DNA from: Candidatus Magasanikbacteria bacterium RIFOXYC2_FULL_42_28
GTDB lineage: Bacteria; Patescibacteriota; Patescibacteriia; Magasanikbacterales; GWA2-37-8
Length of the DNA stretch: 64,000 bases
Direction: 5' to 3'
Assembly (NCBI GenBank): GCA_001784435.1
Contig: MFQZ01000010.1
Location: 18,917 to 82,916, forward strand
Positions 9,149 through 18,309 of the stretch are shown one piece after another. Under the pieces are notes generated by a model. The model had not been told where the DNA came from. It saw only the letters and a program-made list of their open reading frames with translations, and searched no databases. Made by a program: the position numbers and the translations under genes. The stretch's first letter is position 1; each line of letters starts with the position of its first letter.

Positions 9149-9571
9149 TTATTTTCCCGTACTGCCAAAACTGCCTAGTCCACGTTGGGCTTCGGTTAAT
9201 TCATTTACTTCTTGCAGTTCGGCAATAGCAACAGGATAAATTATCAGTTGGGCGATTTTGTGGCCGGTTTCAATTTTATATGGTTCTTGTCCTAAATTTA
9301 TTAGTTGCACATTGTATTCACCACGATAACCAGCATCAAATACCCCGCCCATCGTATGGATGCCGCCGTTTTTTGGCAATGAACTTTTATCTTTCACAAT
9401 CGCCGCGTAGCCGGTCTCAAATTCCAGAGCAAATCCGACAAAAAATATTTTTCTCTCGCCCGGTTGCAAATTATAATCTTCCAAAGAATATAAATCCATA
9501 CCCACATCGCCCGGGTGGGCATAAGTGGGGAGGATAGCGTCGGGTTTTAGCCGTTTAATTTTAATTTGCAT
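9149..9571 (-). CDS. dut: dUTP diphosphatase
   Basis: AHPGDVGMDLYS and GGVFDAGYRGE dUTPase motifs. 140 aa. Confidence 0.85.
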   Translation of the reverse strand: MQIKIKRLKPDAILPTYAHPGDVGMDLYSLEDYNLQPGERKIFFVGFALEFETGYAAIVKDKSSLPKNGGIHTMGGVFDAGYRGEYNVQLINLGQEPYKIETGHKIAQLIIYPVAIAELQEVNELTEAQRGLGSFGSTGK

Positions 9572-10115
9572 ATTTTTTAACCAATGCGTCCAGCTGGGCG
9601 TGTAAATTTTCCATGGTGCCGTTATTATTGATGTGTTCGATCGCGTACTTTACCACGTCTAAAATACTTAATTCCGTAGAGCGTTTGTGGTCTTCTAAAA
9701 ATTGTTCGTAAGTTTTGGTGTTGTCGTCTGAATTTTCACCACGTTTTATCAGTCGCTCGTAGCGAGTTTCTGGTTCGGCAAAAATTTCTATTAAGACAAA
9801 ATTTGGTAATTGTGATAAATATTCAATATCAGCCATTCGACGGATTCCTTCCACCACCACTAAATTATTGGTAGCGGCTTGCGCGTCGCCGGCAATGGCT
9901 TTGGCCAAGGTATTTTCACCAAAAGTTGTGCGGATACATTCCGACATTTTAATCAAAAAATCACGCGATTGTTCCAGATAAATGCGATTTAGCAGGTCGC
10001 GCAAAATTGTGGAATAGCGGAAAGTATCGGCTTGATATTTTGTTTCTAAATATTTTGCCACCGTGCCCTTACCGCTTGATAGTAATCCGGTAAATCCTAA
10101 AATTATTTTATTCAT
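9561..10115 (-). CDS. P-loop nucleotide kinase, possibly a deoxynucleoside monophosphate kinase
   Basis: N-terminal Walker A ILGFTGLLSSGKGT, about 184 aa. It resembles T4 gp1-type dNMP kinases and sits inside the dTMP synthesis cluster. Specificity not established. Confidence 0.45.
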   Translation of the reverse strand: MNKIILGFTGLLSSGKGTVAKYLETKYQADTFRYSTILRDLLNRIYLEQSRDFLIKMSECIRTTFGENTLAKAIAGDAQAATNNLVVVEGIRRMADIEYLSQLPNFVLIEIFAEPETRYERLIKRGENSDDNTKTYEQFLEDHKRSTELSILDVVKYAIEHINNNGTMENLHAQLDALVKKYAN

Positions 10116-10121
10116 AAATTT

Positions 10122-10592
10122 TCACTTAGCCCAATCCGATACATACTGCCGGCATTTAATCCCGGCGGCGTCAAATAACCGACGGGCGGCGGTAAATGCG
10201 TCCACGTCGTGGTATTTATCACTTTCATAAATCACTTCTACTACCCCGTTTTGAATAATGGTTTTGGCGCACTCATTGCAGGGGAATAAGCAGGAATAAA
10301 CACGCCCGCCTTTGACTGACATGTTGGCGTTGTAAATCGCGTTTTCTTCGGCGTGGCACATATAGGCGTACTTGGTGTTCAAAAACGCGCCTTCACGCTC
10401 CCAAGGCAATTGATCAGCCTCAATACCGCGCGGGAAGCCGTTATAGCCCATACCTAAAACGACGTTATTTTTATCTACGACTATCGAGCCGACTTGTGAG
10501 GAAGGGTCCTTGGAGCGCTCGGCAATCACATGCGTCATGCGCATAAAACATTCGTCCCAGGAGATCGTATTTTCGCGAGGAGTAATAGGCAT
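10122..10592 (-). CDS. dCMP deaminase (cytidine/deoxycytidylate deaminase zinc-binding family)
   Basis: HAEENAI ... CLFPCNECAK zinc-ligand pattern. 156 aa. Confidence 0.8.
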   Translation of the reverse strand: MPITPRENTISWDECFMRMTHVIAERSKDPSSQVGSIVVDKNNVVLGMGYNGFPRGIEADQLPWEREGAFLNTKYAYMCHAEENAIYNANMSVKGGRVYSCLFPCNECAKTIIQNGVVEVIYESDKYHDVDAFTAARRLFDAAGIKCRQYVSDWAK

Positions 10593-10627
10593 ATATTTTA
10601 ATTAATTCAATACCGAAATTGTATCAA

Positions 10628-10660
10628 AAAACCGCGCCTTGGGCAAGGGGCGGTTTTAAG
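10628..10660 (-). terminator. intrinsic terminator after the PEP-utilizing-domain gene
   Basis: Minus-strand hairpin CCGCCCCTTG/CAAGGCGCGG followed by TTTTTTG. Confidence 0.6.
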
Positions 10661-10672
10661 TTGATAAATTTG

Positions 10673-11800
10673 TCAATGTTGTTGTAATATTTTTACAAAA
10701 CCTTTGTTGGCGTCTACTTCGATCATTTGGCCAGTCTTAATTTTTTTGGTAGCACCCTTAACACGTATTAGGGATGGCTTATTCAATTCTCTGCAAATTA
10801 TCGCCGCATGGCACAAGATTGTTCCTCGTTCCATAATTATTGCCCCTGCTTTTTTTATATATGGAATATATTCTAAAGTTGGCATGGTGCAAACCAAAAT
10901 TTCGCCTTTTTGGAATGATGGTACTTTCGTCCCGTTTACTATTCGAGCTTTTCCGATATATTTTCCGCTATTAGCAGATATGCCCTTGATTATCTTTGCT
11001 GGCTTTTTGCGGGTAAGAATGGTTGCTTTAGTGGCTTGCCAGATATCAAATTTCGCCAGGGTTCTGCCCTGAATGCGATTGTAATCGATGAATCTTATTT
11101 TATCCCCCGGCCAGACCATAAATTCAAAATAACCGCGTAGGTATTTGCGACTGTTAAAAGACGAACCCAATTGTTCTTTCAGTTGGCTGCGAGTTTTAGC
11201 ATGGGTAACTTTTAATGCCTGTACGGCCTTTTTTATAATTTTGATCGCGTATTTGTTATGTTTAGAAAAAATCCAGTTAGTGAAATTACTTGAAAAAAAG
11301 ATCGGCATTTTTTGACAATTCCCGATGCTAAGGCCACTAAGTCGTCCTTCGTTAATTTCTCCCCAAATGCCGTTGTTATTGATAATAAAAATAGCGGATA
11401 GTTTAATAATTTTAGAGCGAGGTCGTATTTCTACCCAATACTTATCTTCATCTAATTTTTTGTTTTTAAGCCAATTAATTGCATTATGAGTATTACGCCC
11501 GCTTAGCCGCAACTTTGGCAATCTTTGGTTTTTTGGTATGGCACGCAACATACACTGTTGGTTGCCCATATTGTTTACGGTATCTTTAAATAATGGTGTG
11601 CGTTCGTTGATGTCGCGCAGTGTCATTTTTTCTGGTTTGTCATAGGGTAAATTTATGAGTATATGCAATAAATCTAGACGATGACGTTTGGAGTTGTCTT
11701 CTATAAGCATACGTCTGCCGTTCGGTACTTGAATTTTTTTTAGCCATTCCGTAAACGGCGGCCAGGCATTTTTTTGAAGTTTTTGGTTGGAGTAAATCAT
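10673..11800 (-). CDS. PEP-utilizing enzyme mobile (phosphohistidine) domain protein with an uncharacterised roughly 230-aa N-terminal region
   Basis: C-terminal GTILCHAAIICRELNKPSLIRV matches the GGxTSHAAIxAREluP phosphohistidine motif of PPDK, PEP synthase and Bacillus-type pyruvate kinase. The start lies 3 nt after the pyk stop. Confidence 0.65.
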   Translation of the reverse strand: MIYSNQKLQKNAWPPFTEWLKKIQVPNGRRMLIEDNSKRHRLDLLHILINLPYDKPEKMTLRDINERTPLFKDTVNNMGNQQCMLRAIPKNQRLPKLRLSGRNTHNAINWLKNKKLDEDKYWVEIRPRSKIIKLSAIFIINNNGIWGEINEGRLSGLSIGNCQKMPIFFSSNFTNWIFSKHNKYAIKIIKKAVQALKVTHAKTRSQLKEQLGSSFNSRKYLRGYFEFMVWPGDKIRFIDYNRIQGRTLAKFDIWQATKATILTRKKPAKIIKGISANSGKYIGKARIVNGTKVPSFQKGEILVCTMPTLEYIPYIKKAGAIIMERGTILCHAAIICRELNKPSLIRVKGATKKIKTGQMIEVDANKGFVKILQQH

Positions 11801-11803
11801 AGC

Positions 11804-12850
11804 TTAATTGGTAACAGTAAGATGATTGGCCAATTTTGCTTGGTATTTTTCCACTTCATTAATAATTTTTTTGGCAGTTGCAATGGTATAAGCGGCTCGC
11901 TTGTTCAGTCCAGTTTCATAGCCAAAAATTATTCCGGCGGCACCGTCTAGTACAATGTTGGTTAAGTCGCAGATATCCGCGCGGGTAGGTATATAGTTAT
12001 GAATGGTGCTGGCCAGAATGTGGGTAGATATTAGAATTGGTTTAGAAAATTTTTTAGCGCGAGACATTATCTGTTTTTGCAGTAAGCCGATTTTTTCAAA
12101 TGGCATGTTGACGCCCATCTCTCCGCGATCGATCAGTATCATATCAAAAAAATTATCTTGACAAATAGCGTTGAGTTCTTCGGCAGTAATATTTTTTTCT
12201 ATTTTTATGATGTATTTGAGTCGATTAGTTTTAGGTGGAAATAGCAGTTTTATTTTTTCGATAAACGATTTGCTAATATATGAACAAGCGAGATAGTCGG
12301 GGTGCAGACCGTTAATTTGCTCCAAAGTTTTTTTATAAATTTCAACCATGTAATCTTCGTCATAGATAGCGTAGTTATTACCCAAATTTACAGTTTTGGA
12401 ATTTCTTATGATGCCACTATTGATTATTTGGATTTTTACGATATCAGACGATATGATGTCTTTTATTTGTACTGTAACTTCCCCGTCTCCGATTGCAATT
12501 ATTTGCCCCAGCGATACTTTTGAGCCGATGTGCGGGATATTTAATGGTATGAATTCAAGACAATCCGGAGAGTAATCAGCGGAACGTAAGATAAGTTCGC
12601 TCCCTTCTTGTACCGGGAAAGTCTGACCTTCAAAAAATCCTAGGCGATGTTTATTAAGTGGAAAATCAATAAATTTTTTAACGGACGCATTTAAACTATC
12701 GATAACCTTTTCCGCTTTTTGAACCGATTCGATGTAGTTGTCGATGGAACGGTGAGACAAATTAAATCGCAATACATCCGCTCCGGTTAGGATCATTTTA
12801 ATTATTTGTTCTTCGGTAATGTTGTGACCGACAGAAGCAATTATCAACAT
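11804..12850 (-). CDS. pyk: pyruvate kinase, short form (no C-terminal allosteric domain)
   Basis: IIASVGHNITEEQIIKMILTGADVLRFNLSH ... MILIDRGEMGVNMPFEKIGLLQKQI ... PTRADICDLTNIVLDGAAGIIFGYETG matches the PK catalytic-core signatures. 348 aa. Confidence 0.8.
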   Translation of the reverse strand: MLIIASVGHNITEEQIIKMILTGADVLRFNLSHRSIDNYIESVQKAEKVIDSLNASVKKFIDFPLNKHRLGFFEGQTFPVQEGSELILRSADYSPDCLEFIPLNIPHIGSKVSLGQIIAIGDGEVTVQIKDIISSDIVKIQIINSGIIRNSKTVNLGNNYAIYDEDYMVEIYKKTLEQINGLHPDYLACSYISKSFIEKIKLLFPPKTNRLKYIIKIEKNITAEELNAICQDNFFDMILIDRGEMGVNMPFEKIGLLQKQIMSRAKKFSKPILISTHILASTIHNYIPTRADICDLTNIVLDGAAGIIFGYETGLNKRAAYTIATAKKIINEVEKYQAKLANHLTVTN

Positions 12851-12861
12851 AACACGCTAAG

Positions 12862-12893
12862 TTTAAAAACCTCTGCCGAAAAGCAGAGGTCTT
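12862..12893. terminator. bidirectional intrinsic terminator (CCTCTGC-loop-GCAGAGG with T-runs on both sides) downstream of rplA
   Basis: aaaaacctctgccgaaaagcagaggtctttt. Confidence 0.65.
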
Positions 12894-12897
12894 TTGT

Positions 12898-13578
12898 TTA
12901 ACTGTTAGTGGCGACTTTTATCGCCGGTCCCATCGAAGAGCACAAGGTCAAGCTTTGCAGATAGGATCCCTTTATTCCATCTGGCTTGGCCTTGTTTAAA
13001 GCGTCCAGAAAGGCCGTTAAGTTTTCTTTGAGCTGAGCTTCCGTAAAACTGACTCGCCCGACCAATTGGTGGACATTGGCTCCGTCATCATTTTTGAAAG
13101 TAACTTTGCCTTTTTTTAATTCTTCAATCATTTTTTTCAAGTTCGGGCCGACCGTTTCGGTTTTGGGATTAGGCATCAAGCCCTTCGGGCCCAACACTTT
13201 CGCGGCCATGGCCAATTTCGCCATCATGTCCGGCGTGGTAACAGCAATTTCAAAATTAATTTTGCCAGTGTCTTTAATTTTTTTAATATCTTCTTCACCG
13301 TAAACAAAATCCGCGCCGGCTTCTTTGGCTTCTTTTTCTCTTTCCGGAGAGACGAACGCGGCGACGGTTTTAGTTTTACCAGTGCCGTGGGGTAATACCA
13401 CAGTAGCGCGTACCTGTTGTTCGCCTTTTTTAACGTCAATCCCCAAGTGGGCGTGGACTTCAATACCGGCGTCAAATTTGACTCCGGATGTTTCGCGGGC
13501 GAGCTTAATGGCTTCGTCCAACGGGTAAACCTTGTTTTTTTCCACCTTGGAAGCAAGGCCTTTCATTCTTTTTCCCAT
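12898..13578 (-). CDS. rplA: 50S ribosomal protein L1
   Basis: MGKRMKGLASKVEKNKVYPLDEAIKLARETSGVKFDAGIEVHAHLGID. Full-length L1, standing alone with no rplK next to it. Confidence 0.9.
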   Translation of the reverse strand: MGKRMKGLASKVEKNKVYPLDEAIKLARETSGVKFDAGIEVHAHLGIDVKKGEQQVRATVVLPHGTGKTKTVAAFVSPEREKEAKEAGADFVYGEEDIKKIKDTGKINFEIAVTTPDMMAKLAMAAKVLGPKGLMPNPKTETVGPNLKKMIEELKKGKVTFKNDDGANVHQLVGRVSFTEAQLKENLTAFLDALNKAKPDGIKGSYLQSLTLCSSMGPAIKVATNS

Positions 13579-13655
13579 ACATTATATATAGAGTGGTACA
13601 AACTCCAGCCCGCCGGATGGCGGGGGCCGGATCCCACCTGCTTACAGTATACAGG

Positions 13656-13684
13656 ATTTTAGCGGATTTGGCCAGATTTGTCAA
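13656..13684 (-). promoter_or_regulatory. candidate rplA promoter (TTGACA-17-TAAAAT on the minus strand), followed by a structured leader
   Basis: Reverse complement of 13656-13684 reads TTGACAAATCTGGCCAAATCCGCTAAAAT. The leader contains the hairpin GCCCGCCGGATGGCGGGGGC. Confidence 0.45.
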
Positions 13685-13794
13685 GGGTGGGGGTCTTGAC
13701 AAAAGGTCAAAAATGTGCATAGCCGAAAATCACTATTTTGACAATTTGGCGATTTTGCCGTTGATATGGTAAAATAACAACAACCTAAAAAAAT

Positions 13795-15930
13795 ATGGCT
13801 GATAAATTTAAACATATAATTTTTAATCCGCGCGTGCGATTGTGTTTGGGTATTTTTGTGTTTATGGCCGTGCTCGGTTGGGTCTATTCCGGGCAGTGGC
13901 AAGTTTGGCGTAATCCGGATTTTCCGCCGAAAGTGGAAACGGCCAAGGCCGCCACTTGGTATAACGCCAGTTGGTCGTATCGCAAAACTGTTACGATTGA
14001 TTATACGAAAGTTTCTACCACTTTGTCTAATTTTCCAGTGATGGTGAGTACTACCGATAGCAATTTATCATCTTACGCGTCTTCTACTGGCGCGGATATT
14101 TTGTTTACATCTGACGATGGCACTACCAAACTTAATCACGAAATTGAAAGTTATACGAGTGCAACCGGGAAATTAATTGCTTGGGTAAATGTGACGAGCT
14201 TGTCTAATTCGGCGAATACTGTTCTTTATATGTATTATGGCAATACGGGGGCAGCGGATCAGCAAAATATTACCGGGACGTGGGATTCAAATTATGTGGG
14301 CGTATGGCACATGAAAGAAAATCCGTCCGGTTCGGCGCCCCAGATGAAAGATAGCACGACTAATGCCAATCATGGCACTACTCAAGGTTCAATGCCTTCC
14401 GGATCCTTGGTAAACGCGCAGATTGGCGATGGTTTGGATTTTAATGGTTCCAGTTATTATGTCTCTCTTCCGGTTACATCCTCGCTTAATATCACCGGGG
14501 CGATTACTGTTGAGACCTGGGTTTACGCGGATGCTCTTTCGTCGGCTAGAAGGTTTGTGTCTAAAAACAACACCGTAACCAAATCTTGGGAACTTAATTT
14601 TGAATCAGCTGTTGGTGGTTTAACTACCATGAGAGTTTTTGATGGCGGAACAATAAAACGTACGCAAGAAGCGGCAGCAATGACGGTCGGATCTTGGTTC
14701 CATTATGTCGGTGTATTTGATCCCAGCACTGCCGTGATAATTTATAAAAACGGCTCACAAAGCGGAGCTCTAACTTCCGGAATTCCGGCAGCGCAGAACG
14801 ACAATCCCAATATCGCGGTATTATTTGCTCGCAGTCCCTATGCTGGCTGTGTAAATTGTTATTTAGATGGCAAAATGGATGAAGTGCGCGTTTCCAATGT
14901 GGCCCGCTCCGCCGGTTGGATTTTAACCGAATATAACAATCAATATTCACCGTCGACCTTTTATAGTATAGAAAGTACAGCACAAACCCCGCCGTTTTTT
15001 GATCAAATTTATTATAAATTTTTTAATAATGCCGATTCTACTGATGTGGGCTTAAAATTGGCGAATCAAAATTTACCAGCTACTTTATCGGCCACCGGCG
15101 ACCCGTTCCGTTTGCGCTTGGGTTTACACGTCACCGGTAGTCAAATTGACGCGAGTGGCCAAAGTTTTAAATTACAGTTTGCGGAAAAATCAGGGGATTG
15201 CGATGGCGTTTTTTCCGGTGAAAGTTATGCTGATGTAACCGGAGCGACTGCAATTGCGTATTATGATAATGCCACCCCTAATGATGGTGATAGTTTGACT
15301 ATAAACGCGGGCGACCCAAATATTGGTAATAATGTGATTGAACAGACATATGAAGAGGCCAATAATTTTACCAATTCTGTGGGCGCGATTGCAGTCGGTG
15401 AAGAGGGTTTGTGGGATTTTTCTTTATACGATAATGGCGCGCCGGCCGATACCTCGTATTGTTTGCGGGTGATTAAATCAGATGGTAATAATATTGATAG
15501 TTATACCGAAATACCGGAAATAATTACTGCATCGGGCGCGTCACCAGTGGTGTCGGTCTCGGTCCAAGACGGAATTATTAGTTATGGCTATCTGTCAGCC
15601 GGTTCCAGTACCACCACAATTGCTATTGGCGATTCTCAAACTGTCACCAATAATGGTAATGTGGATATAGATTTGGGCATAAAAGGTTCAACATCTACGC
15701 CTGGCAATTGGACATTGGCTTCGCAAGTAGGCCCCGATCAATATGTTCATGAATATTCAGTTGATGTCGGTGATACTTGGGTGCCACTTACTGCCGATTA
15801 TCAACTTTTGGTTCCCGGAGTGCCGCCAGATGCCGGTGGTGTTATTGATTTCCGAATTCAAGTGCCAAGTTCAACTTCGGATTATAGTACGCAAAATGTT
15901 GATGTTACTATTTTGGCGATTCAATCATAG
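13795..15930 (+). CDS. large secreted/surface protein: N-terminal signal-anchor, DUF2341-like and LamG/concanavalin-like regions, and a C-terminal roughly 130-aa beta-domain paralogous to the next gene
   Basis: WYNASWSYRKTVTIDYTKV...ADILFTSDDGTTKLNHEIESY is DUF2341-like. VETWVYADALSSARRFVSKN is LamG-like. C-terminal IKGSTSTPGNWTLASQVGPDQY aligns with the 16025..16531 protein. Confidence 0.6.
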   Translation: MADKFKHIIFNPRVRLCLGIFVFMAVLGWVYSGQWQVWRNPDFPPKVETAKAATWYNASWSYRKTVTIDYTKVSTTLSNFPVMVSTTDSNLSSYASSTGADILFTSDDGTTKLNHEIESYTSATGKLIAWVNVTSLSNSANTVLYMYYGNTGAADQQNITGTWDSNYVGVWHMKENPSGSAPQMKDSTTNANHGTTQGSMPSGSLVNAQIGDGLDFNGSSYYVSLPVTSSLNITGAITVETWVYADALSSARRFVSKNNTVTKSWELNFESAVGGLTTMRVFDGGTIKRTQEAAAMTVGSWFHYVGVFDPSTAVIIYKNGSQSGALTSGIPAAQNDNPNIAVLFARSPYAGCVNCYLDGKMDEVRVSNVARSAGWILTEYNNQYSPSTFYSIESTAQTPPFFDQIYYKFFNNADSTDVGLKLANQNLPATLSATGDPFRLRLGLHVTGSQIDASGQSFKLQFAEKSGDCDGVFSGESYADVTGATAIAYYDNATPNDGDSLTINAGDPNIGNNVIEQTYEEANNFTNSVGAIAVGEEGLWDFSLYDNGAPADTSYCLRVIKSDGNNIDSYTEIPEIITASGASPVVSVSVQDGIISYGYLSAGSSTTTIAIGDSQTVTNNGNVDIDLGIKGSTSTPGNWTLASQVGPDQYVHEYSVDVGDTWVPLTADYQLLVPGVPPDAGGVIDFRIQVPSSTSDYSTQNVDVTILAIQS

Positions 15931-16024
15931 TAGCGCTGTGGATAAGTATGCCTGCGGGAGGGGGTTGGAGATAAAAAAGTTATGTGGTATAATATAGTTG
16001 TTAATTTGTTTAAATTTATTTTTT

Positions 16025-16531
16025 ATGAAAAATAAAAAACTGGATTTGGTAATCGGGGTTTTATTTGTGGTTGCGCTCGCGTTCGGGGTGTCGGCGCAGG
16101 GGGCTGATACCGGTACGGTAACGGCCACGGTAACAGTGCAAAATGTTTCGGTTACAGTGACTGACGGTGCGGTTGATTATGGTACGATGACGGTTAGTGA
16201 TACTGCAGACACTTTATCTGGCGATTTAAACGATCCTCAATACGCTGTTAATAGTGGTAATGTGGCGGAAACTTTAAATATAAAAGGGTCTACTTCAACG
16301 CCAGGTGATTGGACTTTGGCTGGGAGCGTCGGAGCGAATACCTATAAACACGCGTTTTCTACCAGCACCGATCCTAATTGGGTGGCAATGTCTGTTAACT
16401 ATCAAACCGTTACAACTACTTTGGCCGTCGCCGCCACCTCTACTCTGTACCTTCAGTTGAGCACGCCGTCTAGTGTTAGCAGTTATGTGGCCAACAATGT
16501 TGACTTAACCGTACAAGCGGTTGCCAACTAG
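16025..16531 (+). CDS. small secreted protein, paralogue of the C-terminal domain of the preceding giant protein (WxL-like beta domain with a WTL motif)
   Basis: Signal peptide MKNKKLDLVIGVLFVVALAFGVSAQGA. NIKGSTSTPGDWTLAGSVGANTYKH aligns with the C-terminus of the 13795..15930 protein. Thr/Ser/Val-rich. Confidence 0.6.
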   Translation: MKNKKLDLVIGVLFVVALAFGVSAQGADTGTVTATVTVQNVSVTVTDGAVDYGTMTVSDTADTLSGDLNDPQYAVNSGNVAETLNIKGSTSTPGDWTLAGSVGANTYKHAFSTSTDPNWVAMSVNYQTVTTTLAVAATSTLYLQLSTPSSVSSYVANNVDLTVQAVAN

Positions 16532-16557
16532 TTTTAAATGGTTGTTAAAATAAAGAT

Positions 16558-17148
16558 ATGCGGAAATTTATTTTTCTGATATTGATTTGTCTTCTGGCAA
16601 CGCCACTTTTAGTTTCCGCGCGTATTGGAGTGGGTGTGGGATCTGGTAAAATTGAGGTAAAAGAAAAATTAAAACCTGGTCAGTCCTATGATTTGCCGAT
16701 TTTACCAGTTATTAATAATGGTGATGAATTAACAGAATACGAAGTGACAATTGAATATCATGAGGGCGTTCCCGAATTGCGTCCGGCGCGAGAATGGATT
16801 GAATTTACCCCGCGGACATTTTCTTTAGAACCGGGTCAGGTTAAAAATGTTAAAGTAGAATTGAATTTGCCGGTGAAGGCCGAACCCGGTAATTACTTTG
16901 CGTATTTAGAAGGTCATCCGCTGAAGAAAAGTATTGGCACCGGTGGAGCGGCGGTGGGAATCGCGGCCGCGGCTAAAATGTATTTTACCGTCGTGCCCGC
17001 CAATATTTTTGCCGCTTGGTATTATAAATTGAGCACCTGGTATGGCCATTATCACCCGTTTAACACAGCCGTACTTGGCTTATTAGCGTTTATTTTTGTA
17101 GTATATTGGGTAAAAAAGAATTTTAAATTTCAGATTGCGAAGAAATGA
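16558..17148 (+). CDS. secreted protein with a C-terminal transmembrane anchor
   Basis: N-terminal signal peptide and C-terminal TM VLGLLAFIFVVYWVKKNF. Its position after the paired WxL-like proteins parallels the DUF916/CscA slot of Firmicute Csc loci; this parallel is an inference. Confidence 0.5.
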   Translation: MRKFIFLILICLLATPLLVSARIGVGVGSGKIEVKEKLKPGQSYDLPILPVINNGDELTEYEVTIEYHEGVPELRPAREWIEFTPRTFSLEPGQVKNVKVELNLPVKAEPGNYFAYLEGHPLKKSIGTGGAAVGIAAAAKMYFTVVPANIFAAWYYKLSTWYGHYHPFNTAVLGLLAFIFVVYWVKKNFKFQIAKK

Positions 17149-17161
17149 TTTACTGTTCGTC

Positions 17162-18232
17162 ATGAAAAAAGTACTTGGCAAAATTATTTTATTCTCTCTC
17201 CCCCTACTGGTTATTTCATTAGGGGCTTTTTTTTCTTATTCGGATTTTGTTATTGCCGCTTCTACCGCTTCGGTTAGCGCGACAATTAAAATAGAAATTT
17301 GCGGTGATAGTGTAAAAGATGATGGTGAAGAGTGTGATGGTAGTGATTTGAACGGTCAGTCCTGTACTAATTTTAGTGGATTTACCGGTGGAACATTATC
17401 CTGCTCGGCCGGATGCTTATTTGTTACAACCGGTTGCACAACAGCTGTTACTCCGCCAGGTGGCGGTGGGGGAGGTGGTGGCGGTGGTGGCGGTGGGCCA
17501 ATCACGCCCGTAATCACGAGCGCGGTATTTGTAGGGCGCGCTTATCCGGGCAGTTCAGTGACACTTTTAAAAGATGGTCAACTGGCCGTGCGCACCGTGG
17601 CCGGGCCGGACGCTAATTTTCAAATGACTTTGGCCGGACTGTCCGCCGGAAATTATATTTTTTCGCTTTATACTACCGATAGTGTTGGCCGACAATCGTC
17701 AGCTTTGACTTTTCCGGTGTATGTTACGAGCGGGGCCACCACGCGCGTGTCCGGAATTTTTTTAGCGCCGACCATTGCGGCTGATAAAAGTGAAGTGAAA
17801 CATGGCGACACCCTGTCTATTTTTGGCCAGTCTTTACCGCAAAGCGAAATTACGGTACAAGTGAATTCCACGCAAGAATTTTTTGCTAAAGCCAGAGCCG
17901 ACAAAGACGGTGTGTATTTATATAATTTAGATACGGCATTTTTGGAAATCGGCGATCATAGCGCGCGTTCCAAATCCACGGTGGAAAATGAAATTAGTGC
18001 TTACAGTGATCGGGTGGCTTTTAAAGTTGGGACCAAATCAGTGAATGAAGTGGTGGATACAACTTATAAAAAAGCGGACTTAAACCGTGATGGTAGTATT
18101 AATTTGGTGGATTTTTCCGTGGCCGCATATTGGTATAAACGGAAGTCGCCGCCGACGAAGTATGATTTAAATAATGATGGTAAGATTGATTTGGTGGATT
18201 TTAGTATTATGGCGTATTATTGGACAGGATAA
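17162..18232 (+). CDS. dockerin-domain surface protein (Cys-rich N-terminal repeat, Gly13 linker, Ig-like modules, C-terminal dockerin)
   Basis: Dockerin calcium-binding repeats DLNRDGSINLVDFSVAAY and DLNNDGKIDLVDFSIMAYYW. CGDSVKDDGEECDGSD is a Myxococcus-type Cys-rich repeat. PPGGGGGGGGGGGGGP is the linker. Start taken at MKKVLGKIILF (ATG at 17162). Confidence 0.7.
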   Translation: MKKVLGKIILFSLPLLVISLGAFFSYSDFVIAASTASVSATIKIEICGDSVKDDGEECDGSDLNGQSCTNFSGFTGGTLSCSAGCLFVTTGCTTAVTPPGGGGGGGGGGGGGPITPVITSAVFVGRAYPGSSVTLLKDGQLAVRTVAGPDANFQMTLAGLSAGNYIFSLYTTDSVGRQSSALTFPVYVTSGATTRVSGIFLAPTIAADKSEVKHGDTLSIFGQSLPQSEITVQVNSTQEFFAKARADKDGVYLYNLDTAFLEIGDHSARSKSTVENEISAYSDRVAFKVGTKSVNEVVDTTYKKADLNRDGSINLVDFSVAAYWYKRKSPPTKYDLNNDGKIDLVDFSIMAYYWTG

Positions 18233-18309
18233 CGACGAAAGATTGAAGAATAAAGATTAAAGATTGCGAATTATTTTTTGTTAATCTTCAATCTTTAATC
18301 TTTAATAAT

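Noticed and set aside
13580-13655. tRNA-like or ribosomal-protein L1 leader mimic in the rplA 5-prime UTR (GCCCGCCGGATGGCGGGGGC)
   Set aside because: No cloverleaf is present and no clear match to the L1-binding 23S mimic could be established by eye. Kept only as a structured leader.
15600-16531. Possible diversity-generating retroelement template/variable-repeat pair (C-terminus of the giant protein against the small paralogue)
   Set aside because: Similarity is at protein-paralogue level (roughly 70-75% DNA identity over the core, not the near-identity with A-specific changes expected of a TR/VR pair). No reverse transcriptase or accessory gene is present in the window.
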